Assembly (NCBI RefSeq): GCF_036321535.1
Contig: NC_087436.1
Location: 64,048,001 to 64,112,000, forward strand
Source of the DNA: Camelus dromedarius
Taxonomy: Eukaryota
DNA length: 64,000 nt
Direction of reading: 5' to 3'
This document shows positions 13,370 through 27,109 of this stretch, one piece after another. Both the position numbers and the translations under genes were made by a program. Numbering within the stretch: position 1 is the stretch's first letter; each line of letters opens with the position of its first letter. The notes beneath the pieces are model-generated. The model was given only the letters and a program-made list of their open reading frames with translations, had not been told where the DNA came from and searched no databases.

Positions 13370-14697
13370 TGTGAATGCATGAACAATACATTCTGAAAAT
13401 GTTAGGACTCTTCACATTTTCCAAGTATACATTCATTTGGGCTGCTGGAAATTTTAGGTACCTTAAACTTTTCAGATTTAAGAGATTGAAAGCTTTATAT
13501 AATGTGTTTTATGTATTTTACTATCTCTTACCTATACATATGTCATACTTTTTAGTTTCGTGGATAGGTTTCTGCTGAACGTTTGAGTATGTTTTGGCCA
13601 TCAGTTCTGGGTTAGCTGCATTTTCCTCCACTGGGGGAAGGAGGGACAGAGGTATTAGACTCTCAGTTAGTCCGTTAGCCGCTCTATTCTTTGACACAGG
13701 GAGAAACACAAAATGAGACGGCAGAGATCACCAATAACAAAATCCTAGAGTTTTTTGTCTATGACAACTCCATGAGTGAAGCTGAGAAATGCCGTTTTTT
13801 TCTTTGACCTGAAGTGTAACCCTGTCTGCATTTTAGATGTTCTGAATATTGATAGAGATCATGAAAGATAGACCTAACCGTTAGCTTTAAGAAAGCAAAA
13901 AAAAAAAAAAAGCTGTAAGATAATAATTAATGCAGCTGAGCTTTTCTGCAGTTATTAGTGTTCTGGAAATACTTCACTAACTTGCATTAGCTTTTTGAAA
14001 ACTGCAACATCTATTTTTAAAAATTGGTCAGTAATCACATCTCTAGTGCATTAAATGTTAAACAAGTTCTTAAAAGCCAGATGATATTGTGATATTGCAT
14101 ATGAAAACAATATGCAAGTGAATGGTCAGGATGAAATGCGGAAACACAATAAAAACATTTCGGAATACCTTTTGTAACAATGTGGATCTGAGGCACATAC
14201 TTTGACACTAGCTCTTTTGCACTTCTGAGATTGTGCTGGTGTCAGTTCATTGGAGGCTGACAGCTTTCTCCTTTTAGCTGATTGATTTTGAATTTTTCAA
14301 GCTGATTAATGTTTTCATTTGAATGGTAATGCTGACTTTGCAGAAGATGTGATCTTTTAATTAGCAGATGCTGAGATTAGCATTAGGGCTGAACAGTAAT
14401 TAGCATTTGTTCTTATAGTACAAGAGCACAAACTAAGTGCTAAAGCAGTAGAGCTACTGTGTCGACTTTTCATTGCCTCTTTAGATCTTCTTTATGGGAG
14501 AGGTTAATAATTATTGAAATACTTAATCACTGTGGTACTAAAAACATTTTAACAAATTGAGGATTCACTTGAGAGAAAATATCTATTCTTCAGTTCTTTT
14601 AGACTATCTGTATATATGTATGATTCTATTTTCAAGGTTTCCCTAAACTTTTACAAGGAAACTTAAACATTATTTTGTGAAAGTTTAAATTCTTATT

Positions 14698-14716
14698 TGT
14701 GTGTGTGTGTGTGTGT
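14698..14716. repeat. (TG)n microsatellite
   Basis: Read directly from the sequence. Confidence 0.9.
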
Positions 14717-14849
14717 ATACACACAATATGTAGTTATCTGAAATAGTCCCAAGTCTTGGTTTCCAGACTGACCATTTCAGTAGCACTCACTCTATTTCAA
14801 AAGCGGTCTTTAGAATCAGCTTAAAATTGATGAGTCCTAGTTACAGACA

Positions 14850-15060
14850 GTAGAGTGAAGGGGTGAAGGATTGGAGTTTGGGTTCAGGCAAACTTAGATT
14901 CAAATCCCTGCTATGCCACTTCCTAGGGCATATCACTTGACAGTTCAATTCTCAGTGTCCTCAACTGTAACATGAAGATTGTAATAGAATTGCTGTGAAG
15001 ATTGAAACCGGCATTTTACATAAAGCATGTAGTGTACGTTAAATGACAAGTAACTGTTAC
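14850..15060 (+). mobile_element. MIR SINE
   Basis: gattcaaatccctgctatgccactt...ctcagtgtcctcaactgtaacatgaagat...tgctgtgaagattgaa. Confidence 0.8.
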
Positions 15061-15202
15061 TGTTTTTAAAAACATACCATGTATATTAAGTAAAACTCAT
15101 TATGACCTATATTTTTAAAAATACAGAAAAAAGATTTAGCTTAGTTAAGCTTGGCAAAGAAGATAATTATTAAACACCTGTAGGGTAACTAAACCCTCTT
15201 TA

Positions 15203-15392
15203 TTTTTTTTAATTTTATTTTTTATTGAAGTGTAGTTGATTTACAATGTTAGTTTCAGGTATACAGCAAAGCGATTCAGTTATACATATACATACATAGG
15301 TATATATATTTTTTCAGATTATTTTCCATTATATGTTGTTCCAAGAAATTGAATATAGTTCCCTGTGCTATACAGTAGGTCCCTGCTGTTGT
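15203..15392 (-). mobile_element. 5'-truncated L1 3' end, cetartiodactyl type
   Basis: T-rich tail, then ttattgaagtgtagttgatttacaatgtt...ttccctgtgctatacagtaggtcc. TSD taaaccctcttta (15190-15202) and taaaccccctttA (15393-15405), 12/13 identical. Confidence 0.92.
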
Positions 15393-17589
15393 TAAACCCC
15401 CTTTAAATAAATATATCTTCTTTTTCCAGATAGGTTTGCATTTCACACTGTTTTGTGAGCATCGTGTGTGCCTCCGCCTCCTCTCCAGACAGCCCTGTCC
15501 ATTGTGTCCATTCAGCTCGTGTTCATTTAGGAATTTGACAGATCGGCGGAGGTGTCCTCTCCAGAACTGCTGCTGAGCAGGGGCTGTTTTTTTTTTTTTT
15601 TTTAAATGGTTTCTGCAACAAAAGATAGGGAAAAAAAATCAAAGTGTGAATGATGACATATAAATTCAAGTCCGTTTGGCCACATATACAATGTGGACTA
15701 CATTTTTAGGTTGAAGGTAGAGGACAGGGTGATATTTTATATGGAATGCTAACCTTGTGGTTGACTCCTTAATGTATATCGAATTTCAGTGTAGTGAGAC
15801 TTTAGCCACTGGTATTTAAAGAGGAAATTATTGCTAATTCCTAGTGCCTGAATTGGTAGGGTCCTAGGTAGAGTTTTTTTAAAACTAGCGATGGCATTTA
15901 GAACAGCCCTAAAGTAAGTGCTTGTACATCTGTTACTATGGATGTTACGCTCTCCCAGGAGACATCAAATAGAACACAGACTCTGAGTGAGCAGAATAAT
16001 TGACAGTCTAAATCTCCATCCCGAGTGTTTGCTGCGTGCCCACTTAAACACAAACACAGGGGGAGAATAACAAATGAGTCAAAGTAGATGTCTAGAAAAA
16101 AAAAAAAAAAAGAGAGAGAGAAGAAGCTACAAGATATAATGCTTTATTTTTTTGAGAGGGTTTAAGTGGTACTTGAATGTAATGAAATTTTAACATGAAG
16201 AGAATAGGATTTTCTTTTAGAGTATCACTTCCACTGAAAATAGGTAAAACTAAATATGACATTGAAGTAGGACAGTTGTTACTTTAGACTTAAGAAACAG
16301 TTGAGAAAGGCATTCTTGAGAAAGAACTGGCTGCTGCAAGTTCATAAAGTTCATAAACTGAAATATGCGAGTGTGTATTTAGTGGAGTATCAAGATAATA
16401 ACGCGGTTGATTACTTGGCAACCACTTCAGTTTTCAGATCTGACTCACTGGGGTGTTTTCCAAACTGATCTCAGAAGAGCTCCTTTTCTGCCTGTCTCCA
16501 CAAGACCTTTGCTTTGCAAGCGCAGTATGAAGAAAAGTTCATTGTTTGAGTAAAGGAGAGCAAAGCAGAGCTTACTTTAATGTATATAAAATAGATGTAA
16601 AGGTCTTTGTCATTGTTTTCTTACTCTTTTAATGCTGAAATAAAATGTAGTTGAGTAGGTGATAGCTTTCTACATTTACTAATGGCACATTTTAGGGAAG
16701 TTCATGGGTATACAGAGCTCTATACAGATATTTTGATGGTGATATACTCATGAGCTACCGGCAGGTTCTTCGTAACCGCTCATTTCTTTCTCGATACTTG
16801 CCAAAGGATGTACTTTTTTTTTCATGCATTTACTTGTTTAGTGTTTAAGGTTTCATGAGAGATAAATTTATCTTGTTCATTACAATTTTCTGAATAGTAC
16901 ATCTTTGATAATTATTTGTTGAATGAATTGGTGAAAGATTTTGTTGAAGCTAATGGTGGTTACGATTTTAGTGGCTGTTGTATCTGCATAATATATAATA
17001 CTTACTGAGCATTTACTGTTTGGTCTTTCATCCATTATTTTATTTAAATTATTGAATTGTGTTCTGTTATGATAATTATTTTAGATTAAAAAACTTTATA
17101 CACGTATATTCATACGAAATGTGGTGAGATTTATACTGAAAGTATAAATCTTTGATAATTTCTAGACATAATCTGATAAATTAATTAATGGAACAAACAT
17201 AGCACATGTTGGGCCTTAAAGGATAGAACCAATATAGCAATGAGATGAATAAGTAGAAGGACCATTCAATAAAGATGACAAAGACATTATGATAGTTTTC
17301 ATAAATGTTTAGGGTAGAAGTTTCAGAAGCGGTTATGTGGTTCAGGATAGATTCCAGAAGATCTTCAGTGACAGGCATAGGATTTTTTACCTCATCAAGA
17401 AATTGGTAATACCTCATCAAGAAATACCATGTAGATTCTTGAATAAGGCATCAATATACTGAAACTACTTTCGTCAATACCCATTTTAGGCAGATTAATC
17501 TGTAAGTGACTTGGAAATGCTTTTGAAGGAAATTACTTTTCTTATTTTTAGGATGGGTATTGTAAAGAAATTTTTTTTATGAATGCATC

Positions 17590-17695
17590 TTTTTTTTTTA
17601 ATTGAAGTACCGTCAGTTATAATATGTCAATTTCTGATGTACAGCACAGTGCCCCAGTCATGCATATACATACATATATTCCTTTTCATATTTTT
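17590..17695 (-). mobile_element. Short L1 3' end fragment
   Basis: Poly-T, then aattgaagtaccgtcagttataatatgtcaatttctgatgtacagca...catatatt; homologous to the other L1 tails in the window. Confidence 0.8.
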
Positions 17696-18099
17696 AAGAA
17701 TTTTTTAAATTGTGCTTTCTATATTTGGTTTTTGTAAAATATGTTAGTTACTTATATTTGAATTGGAAATGACCTGTCTTCCATTGTCCACTTTTAACCA
17801 GAATCTTTCTGAGATTTTAGTAAACATCACCATTATCTATTGCTTGGTTACAGAATAATGTAACTTTTTTTTACTCGTGAGCACAAAAATACATTCAGGT
17901 ATGTCATTCCTTCTTAGTATAGTTTGAATTCTATATTTTGCTAGCAATATACTATTTGAGAGAAATATGTCTTGTGTTTCATTATATTTACATGTAAACA
18001 TTAAAAATAACTAAATTTGCAGTTGCGTGTGGCTTGATTTGGGTTATCAGAATATATTTGGTCATGAAGCTCCTCGTTCACCTCTTTCACCTAACTCCT

Positions 18100-18292
18100 T
18101 TTTATCCTGGGCAACACTGAGTCACAGTTTTATTTGCTTGGTTATCTGTTTAACATCTGGGGCTTTGCACAGTTGTAACCTCAGTGAGGATGGGGACCGT
18201 GTCTGTCATGTTGCACTGCTGTGCTTCCAGTTCCTGCAGAGGACCCGCATGTAGTTGGTGTTCAGTAACTGTTCAATGAGGTGAATAAATGT
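18100..18292 (+). mobile_element. L2 LINE 3' fragment
   Basis: tgtaacctcagtgaggatggggaccgtgtctgtc...gtagttggtgttcagtaactgttcaatga. Confidence 0.7.
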
Positions 18293-21099
18293 CTTCCAGA
18301 CCGATGAAATTGTGCTTCAATGTTTTTTAAACATGGAGGATTGTTGATTGCCACAAGGAAGCCTGTGAATAGCTATTTGAGTGCATCTGCAATTTTCCTT
18401 TCTTTTTTCTATTATTTCATACATTGATTTATATTTGAATCAAAGGACATTTGCATTATTTTAAGAACTAAATCTCTTCTGTATATATAAGCATAAAATT
18501 AGGATCAATGACTGAAATCTCAAGAAAAACTAGGGCCTGGGTTTATCAGTGAGGACCTTTCCAGTGAAAAAGTTGCCTACATTTTTCATGAGAACTAGCA
18601 GTGCAGAAAATACATAGGAATTCCCAGTACACAAGTTATCATTGCCTGAGGGCTGTTGGCTAACAGTTTTCCCTAAACTGTTTAGGAATGCGCTCTTATT
18701 TGTTGGGTAAATAGAATATATATGATGATTTCATTTTTGTAGACTATCCTCATCATACTTCATAAACACATTCTTAATTTCAATGTTTTAACATTAAGGA
18801 GTATATGCATTTTAGAATTTAATCTAGCAGTTTTTGAACAGTTCTATGCAAGACACTGTTCAAAGGGCATACCAATAATTTACTGTCTCTGGCTTTATTT
18901 GTAAGCTAGTGAGGAAATAGGACAAGTGCACTGCAAAGTGCCATGCGAACATTGAGGAGAAACAGTTTCAACAAGGGAATCAATTAAATGCTCACCAAAA
19001 TAGGTAATATTAGACATGAACATTTAAAGACGAGTAGAATTTCAGGAGGTGATTTGGTAAGAACCCAGTGGCCCCACAGTGTGTTAGGAGTAGGGACTTC
19101 AATTTCAAACCAACGGGGAAATACACACAGGAATCAGATGGAAATCAAGCTATCTATATTATTGGTAGATCTCCATGAGAAACCATGGTCTGGACCTGCA
19201 GCCAGTGGTTTTTCAGATACTTCCCCCTCAAGCTTAAGTTAAACAGACCAAGTGAGAAAAGGCACCCACGTCATGGGCAGACTTTTTACACCTTTTTCTT
19301 GCTAAACTGAAGTATGTAGAATTCAGTAATAGACTCTCAAGGTCCTGCCCACCATGTAATCTCTGCTTCTCTCGTGAGGAGTGAAGATTAGATGGTCAAA
19401 TGTGTTTTCCTTTTAGGAGTAGAAGTTTCTGCATGAGGGAGGGGATTAGGGTTTCCCCTAACAGTACATATCTTAATAGAAAATAGCTTTTAAAGTTTAA
19501 ATGTTACTTGTAATATTTAAATAAGGCCTTGTTAGTTCTAATATTGGCTTCTCTTTACAGCTGTCATTTTGTTTTGAAGGAAAACTAATTGCCATTCTAG
19601 TTCCTCTTCCTTCAAAGACCTTTAAAGGGAAGTTATGTTTGTATTAGTGGAAATCTTTGGCAAATAATATTATAAGGCTGTTATGTCTGATTTGTGAATG
19701 AAACCCAAGGTTGATTTTAATACCATCACCATAAAATAAGTTAAAGGACTTTATTTCACTGTGCAGTCTAATAAAGCTAACCACGCTATTAAGATTGATT
19801 TAAATTCAGTTTTACTTTACGGCTAGAATATTTTGATGAAATACTATCCTTGGACTTGGGATATCTTTCTGTATTGAAGGTAAATTTGTGTTGGCAATTT
19901 TAAATACAATTCATGGATAGGATACAAAAATGAGGATCATTTGCTGCTATCCAGATCTACCCAACTTTCCCAACCTGTCATATTTTATAGAGCAAATATT
20001 TGTGGGTTATGGAGTTCAGCGTGAGACTTTGGCTGTGAAAGTTTATTAGCTGACTTCAGTTACAGTGATTTATACAGTAGTAAATATGATGAAAGGGGAG
20101 GAATTGTGTTTTACTGATCAGAAAACAGATTGGAAACTAAACTTGTATTTCAAGTCGTCTATTCTCTGGGGTATATTTTCCTTATAAAAATGCTTTAATA
20201 ACATACATGTCCATTTGACAGAATAGAAATAAAAGTCTCTTAAATAGTATTATAAAAGAATTGCTGAATTTGGTTTTCTTTCTCTGTGGGGCCTAAATAA
20301 CTAGAAGTAATAAACATAAAACCAATGTGTCATCTCTCCCTTAAAATAGACGTATGCATGTGTAACTGTAGGTATGGCATGTTCTCTTATATCATGTGAG
20401 TTTAAATCTATAATACTGAGAAAATAAAACTAGCATTTAATCTTTTAGGATTATTGTGCAATAACAAATTCATTTAAATATAGCCCCATAAAACCCATTC
20501 TTGGATTTCTTGCTCTGAGGCAAATGCACCCTGAGTTGGTAATTGGGAACACACAGATGGAATCATCGTTCATGAAAACCAGTTAGGAACTTGGTAGAAG
20601 CTATGGACTCTGGCAGAGATAGAATGGTATCAGGAACACTAAACAGTGACTGGAGAAGTAGGCAGCCTGATAATCTTCATCTCAGCGTTTGCCCTTTGCA
20701 GTGTGATGTGATTTCACTGGATGCCTCCTGTGCCAGCTTCCTGATCTGCTTTATATGCTATTATTTCCACCACTCATCTTGGCTTATTATACCTTATTCT
20801 GTTGCTGCTGTTTTTTTGATGAAAGGATGTTTGTTTAGAGGAAAGTGAAGGGTTTACTAAAGGGGGCCCTCTCCACGTAATCCCCCGGTTTCCCTGCTCT
20901 TATGCAGATACTGGTGTGAAGAACTAGGCTGAAACCCGGGGAGAGGGTTGGACCACGGGAGATGGAGAGACAGCATCCGGAGCATGGTCTTTCTCCCTTT
21001 CTCCTCCTCTTCTCTCTGAAGCACATTCAAGTTTGCTGTCCTTACCTTGGCTTTCTTTGCCAGGTTGTCAAGGCCAGCTGAAGAAAAATCGGATAGATT

Positions 21100-21555
21100 T
21101 GTGGATCAGTGCTATTACACGTGTAAGGCTTTTAGCCCCAGCCAAGCCTCAGCAAATCCTTTCACTTGTCTCTCAGCTTCCTTCTCCATCTATCATGGTC
21201 TTTATATTTGCATGTGCATGTGCTGTTTTTTCCCTGAAATACTTTTTTTAAAAAGTTCCTCTTCAGATAAACCCTAGTCATCCTTCAAGGCTAGCTGGAA
21301 TGGTCCCTCAATTTCTGAAGCTTTGCAGCCTGCCCCTTCCCTCTACCCCCATCTTCTGCAGGTCTTGTCCTCAGTGGAGTTCTTGTCTTTCTTTTGCATG
21401 CTTTGAGCGGATCACAAGTAGCATCATCGTTGGTGTTGAAGCCTTTCTCTCCCACATGCAATTACTGGAGACCATGTCCGTGCCTCATGAGCTGTTGTCT
21501 GGCCCAGTCGGGGGCCCATGGTTGACATCAGTCTAGGTTTGCTGAGTAAATCAAT
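21100..21555 (+). mobile_element. L2 LINE 3' fragment
   Basis: tttgcatgtgcatgtgctgttttttccctgaaatact...tcatccttcaaggctagct...tttgctgagtaaat. Confidence 0.7.
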
Positions 21556-23439
21556 GTCTGTGAATATGGCATCGGTCTCAAAACATGGACTGCTGGGGAA
21601 GTCGGAGTCATCATCTTCTTAATATTTGTCACAAATTTCTTCCTGTGTATAATTATCATACTTTATTTACAGTGCATCACTACATAGTCACAGCATTAAG
21701 CGGTAAACGGGTGGAAAGGTGAGGAGAAAGTTCAAATGATAATCCAGTTTTCCTACTTTCAGATAGGGTAATGAAATACCTTCCGGCACATATCTATCTG
21801 TTCTTTCTTCTTTTCAAACAAGGTTTCTCAGGTTGCAAGCTCCCATAATATCTATGAGTAGTTTCTGCCACAGTTCACTCGCACCAGGGTGCTGACCTTT
21901 TCTCTCATTCTTTTCTCTGTTTCTCTTCCACCCTGCTCTTTGCTACTCTCTGTTGCCTCCTGTGACTCTTTCACAACTCTGCATACAGTCTCCACCTCCT
22001 TTCAGAGCTCGTTTTCATCGACCACCTGCCAGCTGTTGAGGCAACAGCTGCTTTCTGTTATATGGTGAAAGGGTGGGGCTGCTGGTTCACAGCTGCCAAG
22101 CTTCTGGTTCTTTTCCCTCACCACCTTGAAAACCAAGTCCCTTATTACGTAAAGTAGCCCAGCTGCTAGCTGTCTTGTAACAGGTGACCAGGGAAGCCTT
22201 TCCTTAGATTGATTAATAGTGGGACTAGTTCTGGGGGAAGCTAGGTGGTGCCTAATAGAACTGAGAGCAGACATTAGCTTTGGGCTAAGTTTAGTCACTG
22301 CTCTTTTGCTGTGACTTGGGATTCCTAAAGGGTATTCTTCTATGAAGAACTTTACAAACCACCAGGACCTGATTATTTGCATGTATCCAGAGTTGTTTAG
22401 TTTCTCCATATATTTAACCTTAAATATGTATTTAGGTTGGAAGTTAGCAGTAGTGGCTTTGAAGATGTCCCAATTTGATGCAGATTTCACTTTCTTTCTT
22501 GTCTTATTTTTGTCATGTTATTATTTTAATATTGTTTTGTCCAGAACAAGTGAAGATTCACTGTGCTCTAAATAAAAGATTTATGATAATAGTCCTTTAA
22601 CTATATAATATTTTAACTAAAATGAGGTTTCAGTTTTGGGGGGTAATGGATCAGAATTGGGGTGAATGCTTTTTTTACTAGGATAACCTATTGTGGGGCA
22701 CCAAATTTCACCATCGGCTTACAGGAAGGAAACTCAATTTACAATATATAAGACAACACAATTGAGTGCTACTGCTGATTATCTTTCAAGCAAACACGAC
22801 AATAATATAACAATCTGAGACTGAGAATTTTTTTAAAGAAAAAGAAACCCTTATTTTTTTTCTATAGGCCTTAGTTTCAGATATCTTTGTCATGAGCATA
22901 TTGGCTTTTTAAAGCATGATGGAAAGCAATCACGTTTAGTTTTAGCTGAATTCGTTTAGCCGTTAATTTAGCATATAATTTCCCAGACACTGAACTACAT
23001 CCTGTGGATAGAGAAATGAGTATGACACACAAAAAGCCTGCATCGTATTCTATTGCAATTCAGGAGTGCTTTCAGAAACAGAAATCTTGCCTGTATACTC
23101 CCTCCTGTAGGCAGACCAAGATGCATATGGCACTGTGTGTTGTAAATTCTATAAACTTTTTAGTTCTTTTGTAAAAGTTCACAGGACATTCAGTTTTTGA
23201 TAGTACAGATTGTAAAACCAGGGTAGGTTTTTAAATACGCCATTTGCATTGTTTGTGATGGGAGTCAAAAATATTTCAAAGGGCTTATTTCCCACCATAC
23301 TTCCCACCTAATGCCAGAGTTCACAGTTGTCCATTTCCCTGCCACAGAATGGTGTTTAAGTAATGACACTGTTTGGCAAATTTCAGTCAGTTGCAGGGGT
23401 TGAATAATAGAAGAAGAATTCTGCTGTCATTTATACCCT

Positions 23440-23810
23440 ATAGCGTTTTATAGTTTTAATACATTTTCACCTAAAATACCTGATTTCATCCTCCCAACCT
23501 CCCTGAAATGTAGGTATACCAGAAATTATTGCTCCTTTTTTTCAGATAAGAAAATAATACTCAAAGATGTCCATCATATCATAATAATAACAACCTGTCA
23601 TTTTAGATCAGGAACAAATATTTGTCAGAAACAGTACCAGGAACTATACAGCATGGTGCCTGTGGAAGTTATGCATTATTAACTTCTTTTTATAGTTGAG
23701 AAAATGGAAGGTTAGGGATGGTAAATGCCAAGCCTTGGCTACATCAGGATTTGAATCCAGATCTGCCTCTGAAACTTCCTTGGAGTGTCTTTCTGTCATA
23801 CTGTTGTGTC
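23440..23810 (-). mobile_element. Two MIR fragments
   Basis: tttcatcctcccaacctccctg...ttttcagataagaaaa and tttttatagttgagaaaatggaagg...caggatttgaatccagatctg. Confidence 0.7.
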
Positions 23811-25334
23811 CCCCTTGCATGAATTAACAATTCAATGAGATACCGGAGCTGGCATATCCAGATCTGATGGAACACAGTCTGGTGCATCATCATCCACTGA
23901 CTCATTATTCATTCAGAAATTATTTATTGCATGCTGACTCTATTCCTGTGATTATTCCTTGCTCACAGAGTTAAGAGCAAAGAAACCAATTTGAATTTTC
24001 AGTTTATTAGTAATGCTTTAAAGAGACATGAAACCATTCAAAACAGAATTAGTGTGATTTATGCTTTAGAGCTTTTCTGTTTATTCCAGAAACCCCCTAC
24101 AAGGAGAGGAGTAACTTAGTTTGAATCCCATTTAAAAGTTTCAGAGGAGCAAATTGCTGTATGTGTGAAATGCAGTGTTGACTCACTGAGTTGAAACATT
24201 CTCATTTGCTTGTCTTTGCTTCTTTAGCAGTTAGATCAGATGGTATTGGAGAGTAAATTTTTTGTCATTCTTATCGATTTTCAGATTATCTTCTAAAACA
24301 GACTCATGATGAGTTGTTGAAATGCTTCACTTTAGAAAGTTACATATGACTAAGCATCCTCTAAATTGAAAAGTTAAATTAAATTACTCCTTATGTAACA
24401 TTTCTTTCCAAGTATATTGAGTTTGATTTCCATTACTTACTAAGCAACTCATCAGTGATTTTATTTTCACTGCCTTAGTCCATTTATTGTTTGTTTAAAG
24501 TCCTTTAAAAAAAATTCACTGCTGATTTTATAATCAGTTGACTAAACAGCAAATACTGTGTTAATACTAATAGATTGATTGTTTCACCTTTTTTGGTATA
24601 ATTTGATATGCAGTTAAACCTAATCTGACATGATTTGTTTCTGGGTTGATGACACATGGGCAGAAATGGGTAATAGCTAAAGCATCCAAAATTAGCTGTC
24701 TTATATTTGTCTAAAATACTCTTTGAGACACCAACCAATTTTTCCTTTAACAGCACATCTAATCAATTTCAAAGTAAAATAAAGCCTGAGCCAGTTTTGA
24801 AAATTATTCCTCCTTGAAATGTTCTGAGTGCTGGAATTTATTTTACAGTTCCAGCTAAGCAGACTTCAAGACTGAAAAGAAGGGGATGAATAGTGTCTAA
24901 ATCTGCTTTAGGAGAGAGCTTGTTTATCGAGCTACACCTCATTTTCTTTGATCTGTCACTGCGTAAACAATAGGTAGAATTTCTTGGTTGGTTGTGTTGT
25001 ACGTGCACAGCATAAAGCTTAGAGTCAACTAACTGTAGCACTTCTGATTCTTTCTTAATCCATCTTTTACTTGCTAAGCTCCCTTCCCCATCTCACCTTC
25101 CTGCCTGCAATATGATCCAGGCAGAATTATGTCGTTTAGACAATGATAGTCTTCAGTGTCTATCTTTAAATTTGTACGTTTAGCCTTGAAATGGAAGTAC
25201 AGCTCCTCTGCAGGATGAAATAGGAATTATAGTAAAGTAGACTCTGAGGTACAAATTGATTTTTTAATTGTTTTAGGAGCTTTCAGCATTTTGTTTGGCG
25301 ATATTTTTCTGTAAAGGTAATACATTAGTAAGGA

Positions 25335-25800
25335 TTAGTTGTGTCTCATAACATTTATCAGGAAACTCAACATATTAGAACTTAAACATTATAGAAATTT
25401 CTCTCTCTTGGGAAAAGAAGTCTATCAGTGGGTAATGTGGGCCCTAGGTCATGACTCCATGATCTTCAGAGACCAAGATTCCTGCCTCCTTCATCCTCAT
25501 TTTGTTTCTGGCTTTCACTCCCAGGATCACCTCATGTCACAACGTGGCTTCTGGAGCTGAAGCTATCTCATCTCCATCCCCTGTTGCAGGAAGGAAAGAT
25601 ACAAAGCAGAGAACACAAAAGGAATACATTTTCAGCTGAATCAACAACCTTCTAGGAAAATCCACCCAATACTTATTTATCATTGGCCTGAATGTAATGA
25701 CATGGCCAGCTGAACATGTGGTTGGGAAACCTAGTCTAACTGGGTGCTTTGCCCCCTTAAATGAAATAAAGAGAAAAAAGAGAATGGATTTTATATGCAA
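25335..25800 (-). mobile_element. MaLR LTR, MLT1I/J-like
   Basis: cttaaacattatagaa, tcagagaccaagattcc, tggcttctggagct and tcattggcctgaatgtaatgacatggcca appear in antisense MLT1 order. Confidence 0.7.
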
Positions 25801-26859
25801 TTGTCATTGTTCACATGTGCGATGGTTGCTTCTCCAGTTTGCAGTTTTCTCATCTGTCAAATGGGCAGAAGAGTATCCTCCCCGTGGTGTTTTTGTGACG
25901 GTTACAGGGGAATGCTGTATGAATGATACTTAGTCCTGGAACAGAGTAAACATTATCATGGTTGCTTTTCTTATTCTCATTTCCCTTGTCATTACTGCAA
26001 CATAAGGCTTTATGGACACTTAAGATATGATATCCACATTAACTTGTGAATTACTTCACTTTCTGGACTAACATGTGCTTTGTTTGCAATTGGTGTCTCC
26101 TTGTATTGTCTGTCTTCTATAATGCCTAAGCGTGGGGACGTTATATCTTCATGCCCCAAATATTACCGAGAACTGGGGATTAGCCACTCTTTGAAGTGGA
26201 AAAGGATTAGCCACAGCAACGATTAATCTATTCTGAAATTTTGGGGACTACAGAGTTCGCTGAAATAGTTGGTCTTCTTAAAGAAGCAGCCTGCTCCTTA
26301 GTAAAGGGCACTGAATGGGAGTCAGAAAAGAAGGGCAGCCCTGGGCAAATCACATGACTGTTCTCCTTGTCAGAGGAGGGATTGGATTGGCTGATCTCTG
26401 AGGACCTTCTTCCTTTTCAGCAATATAATTGTAGGAATTCCACTCTCTTCAGATCTTTTAAGATCATGTAGGTCTTGTGGGTTTTGCTACCTTTCATATG
26501 AAGATGAATCGTGAGGGTGGGCTGATCTGGTAAGCTTTAAGAAGTGCTTTGCAATTTTATACCATTGAATTTTGCTGCCTGAGATATGGGCTTCTTTATT
26601 TTCTGCTCTTGAGTTCTAAGAATCTCAGAGTATTCAGATTTGAACTATTCCAAGTAAATACTATTGAGAATGAAATACTTAAGTGATACTTACATTAATA
26701 CGTTTTTGTTGTTGTAAAAATGGCTATAGGTTTATACATTATTTTCCTTTATATTAATACATTTTTGACATGCACTTTTATGAAAGGAGCTGGACTTTTT
26801 TCCTCCCAAATGAGCAGTGCCTTACTATAACAACTAAATTCTTCCAAATAACTCCAAGT

Positions 26860-27040
26860 AAATAATGGTTCTGGTGTTTGCTCATTCTGTGGCTTTGGGA
26901 CATCAGTTAAAATCTCATCTGTAGAAATGGGAATATTTATTATACTTGTTTTATAGGTCCAGGAGGGAGAGTTAAAGAAAACCATGAATGTGAAGTGTTA
27001 ACCGTTTATCCAGAGCAAGAGATTATGACAATTATTATTT
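26860..27040 (+). mobile_element. MIR SINE
   Basis: ctcatctgtagaaatgggaata core. Confidence 0.65.
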
Positions 27041-27109
27041 TATCACTAGTACTACTCCTGTTACTATTATGGACATGGACTTAGAGAGTTCGCTGATTTA
27101 ACTAGGGTG

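Noticed and set aside
22002..22490. 162-aa minus-strand ORF
   Set aside because: Non-ATG start, no recognisable homology or exon structure; this length can occur by chance in 64 kb.
24505..24756. ORF segment ILDKYKTANFGC, faintly resembling CK2-beta MLEKYQQGDFGYC
   Set aside because: The similarity spans only a few residues and the CPRVYC zinc-finger context is absent; coincidence.
25277..25316. 40-nt micro-exon (ttttAG|...AAG|GTAATA)
   Set aside because: Weak pyrimidine tract, length not a multiple of 3 and no recognisable peptide; such site pairs are common by chance.
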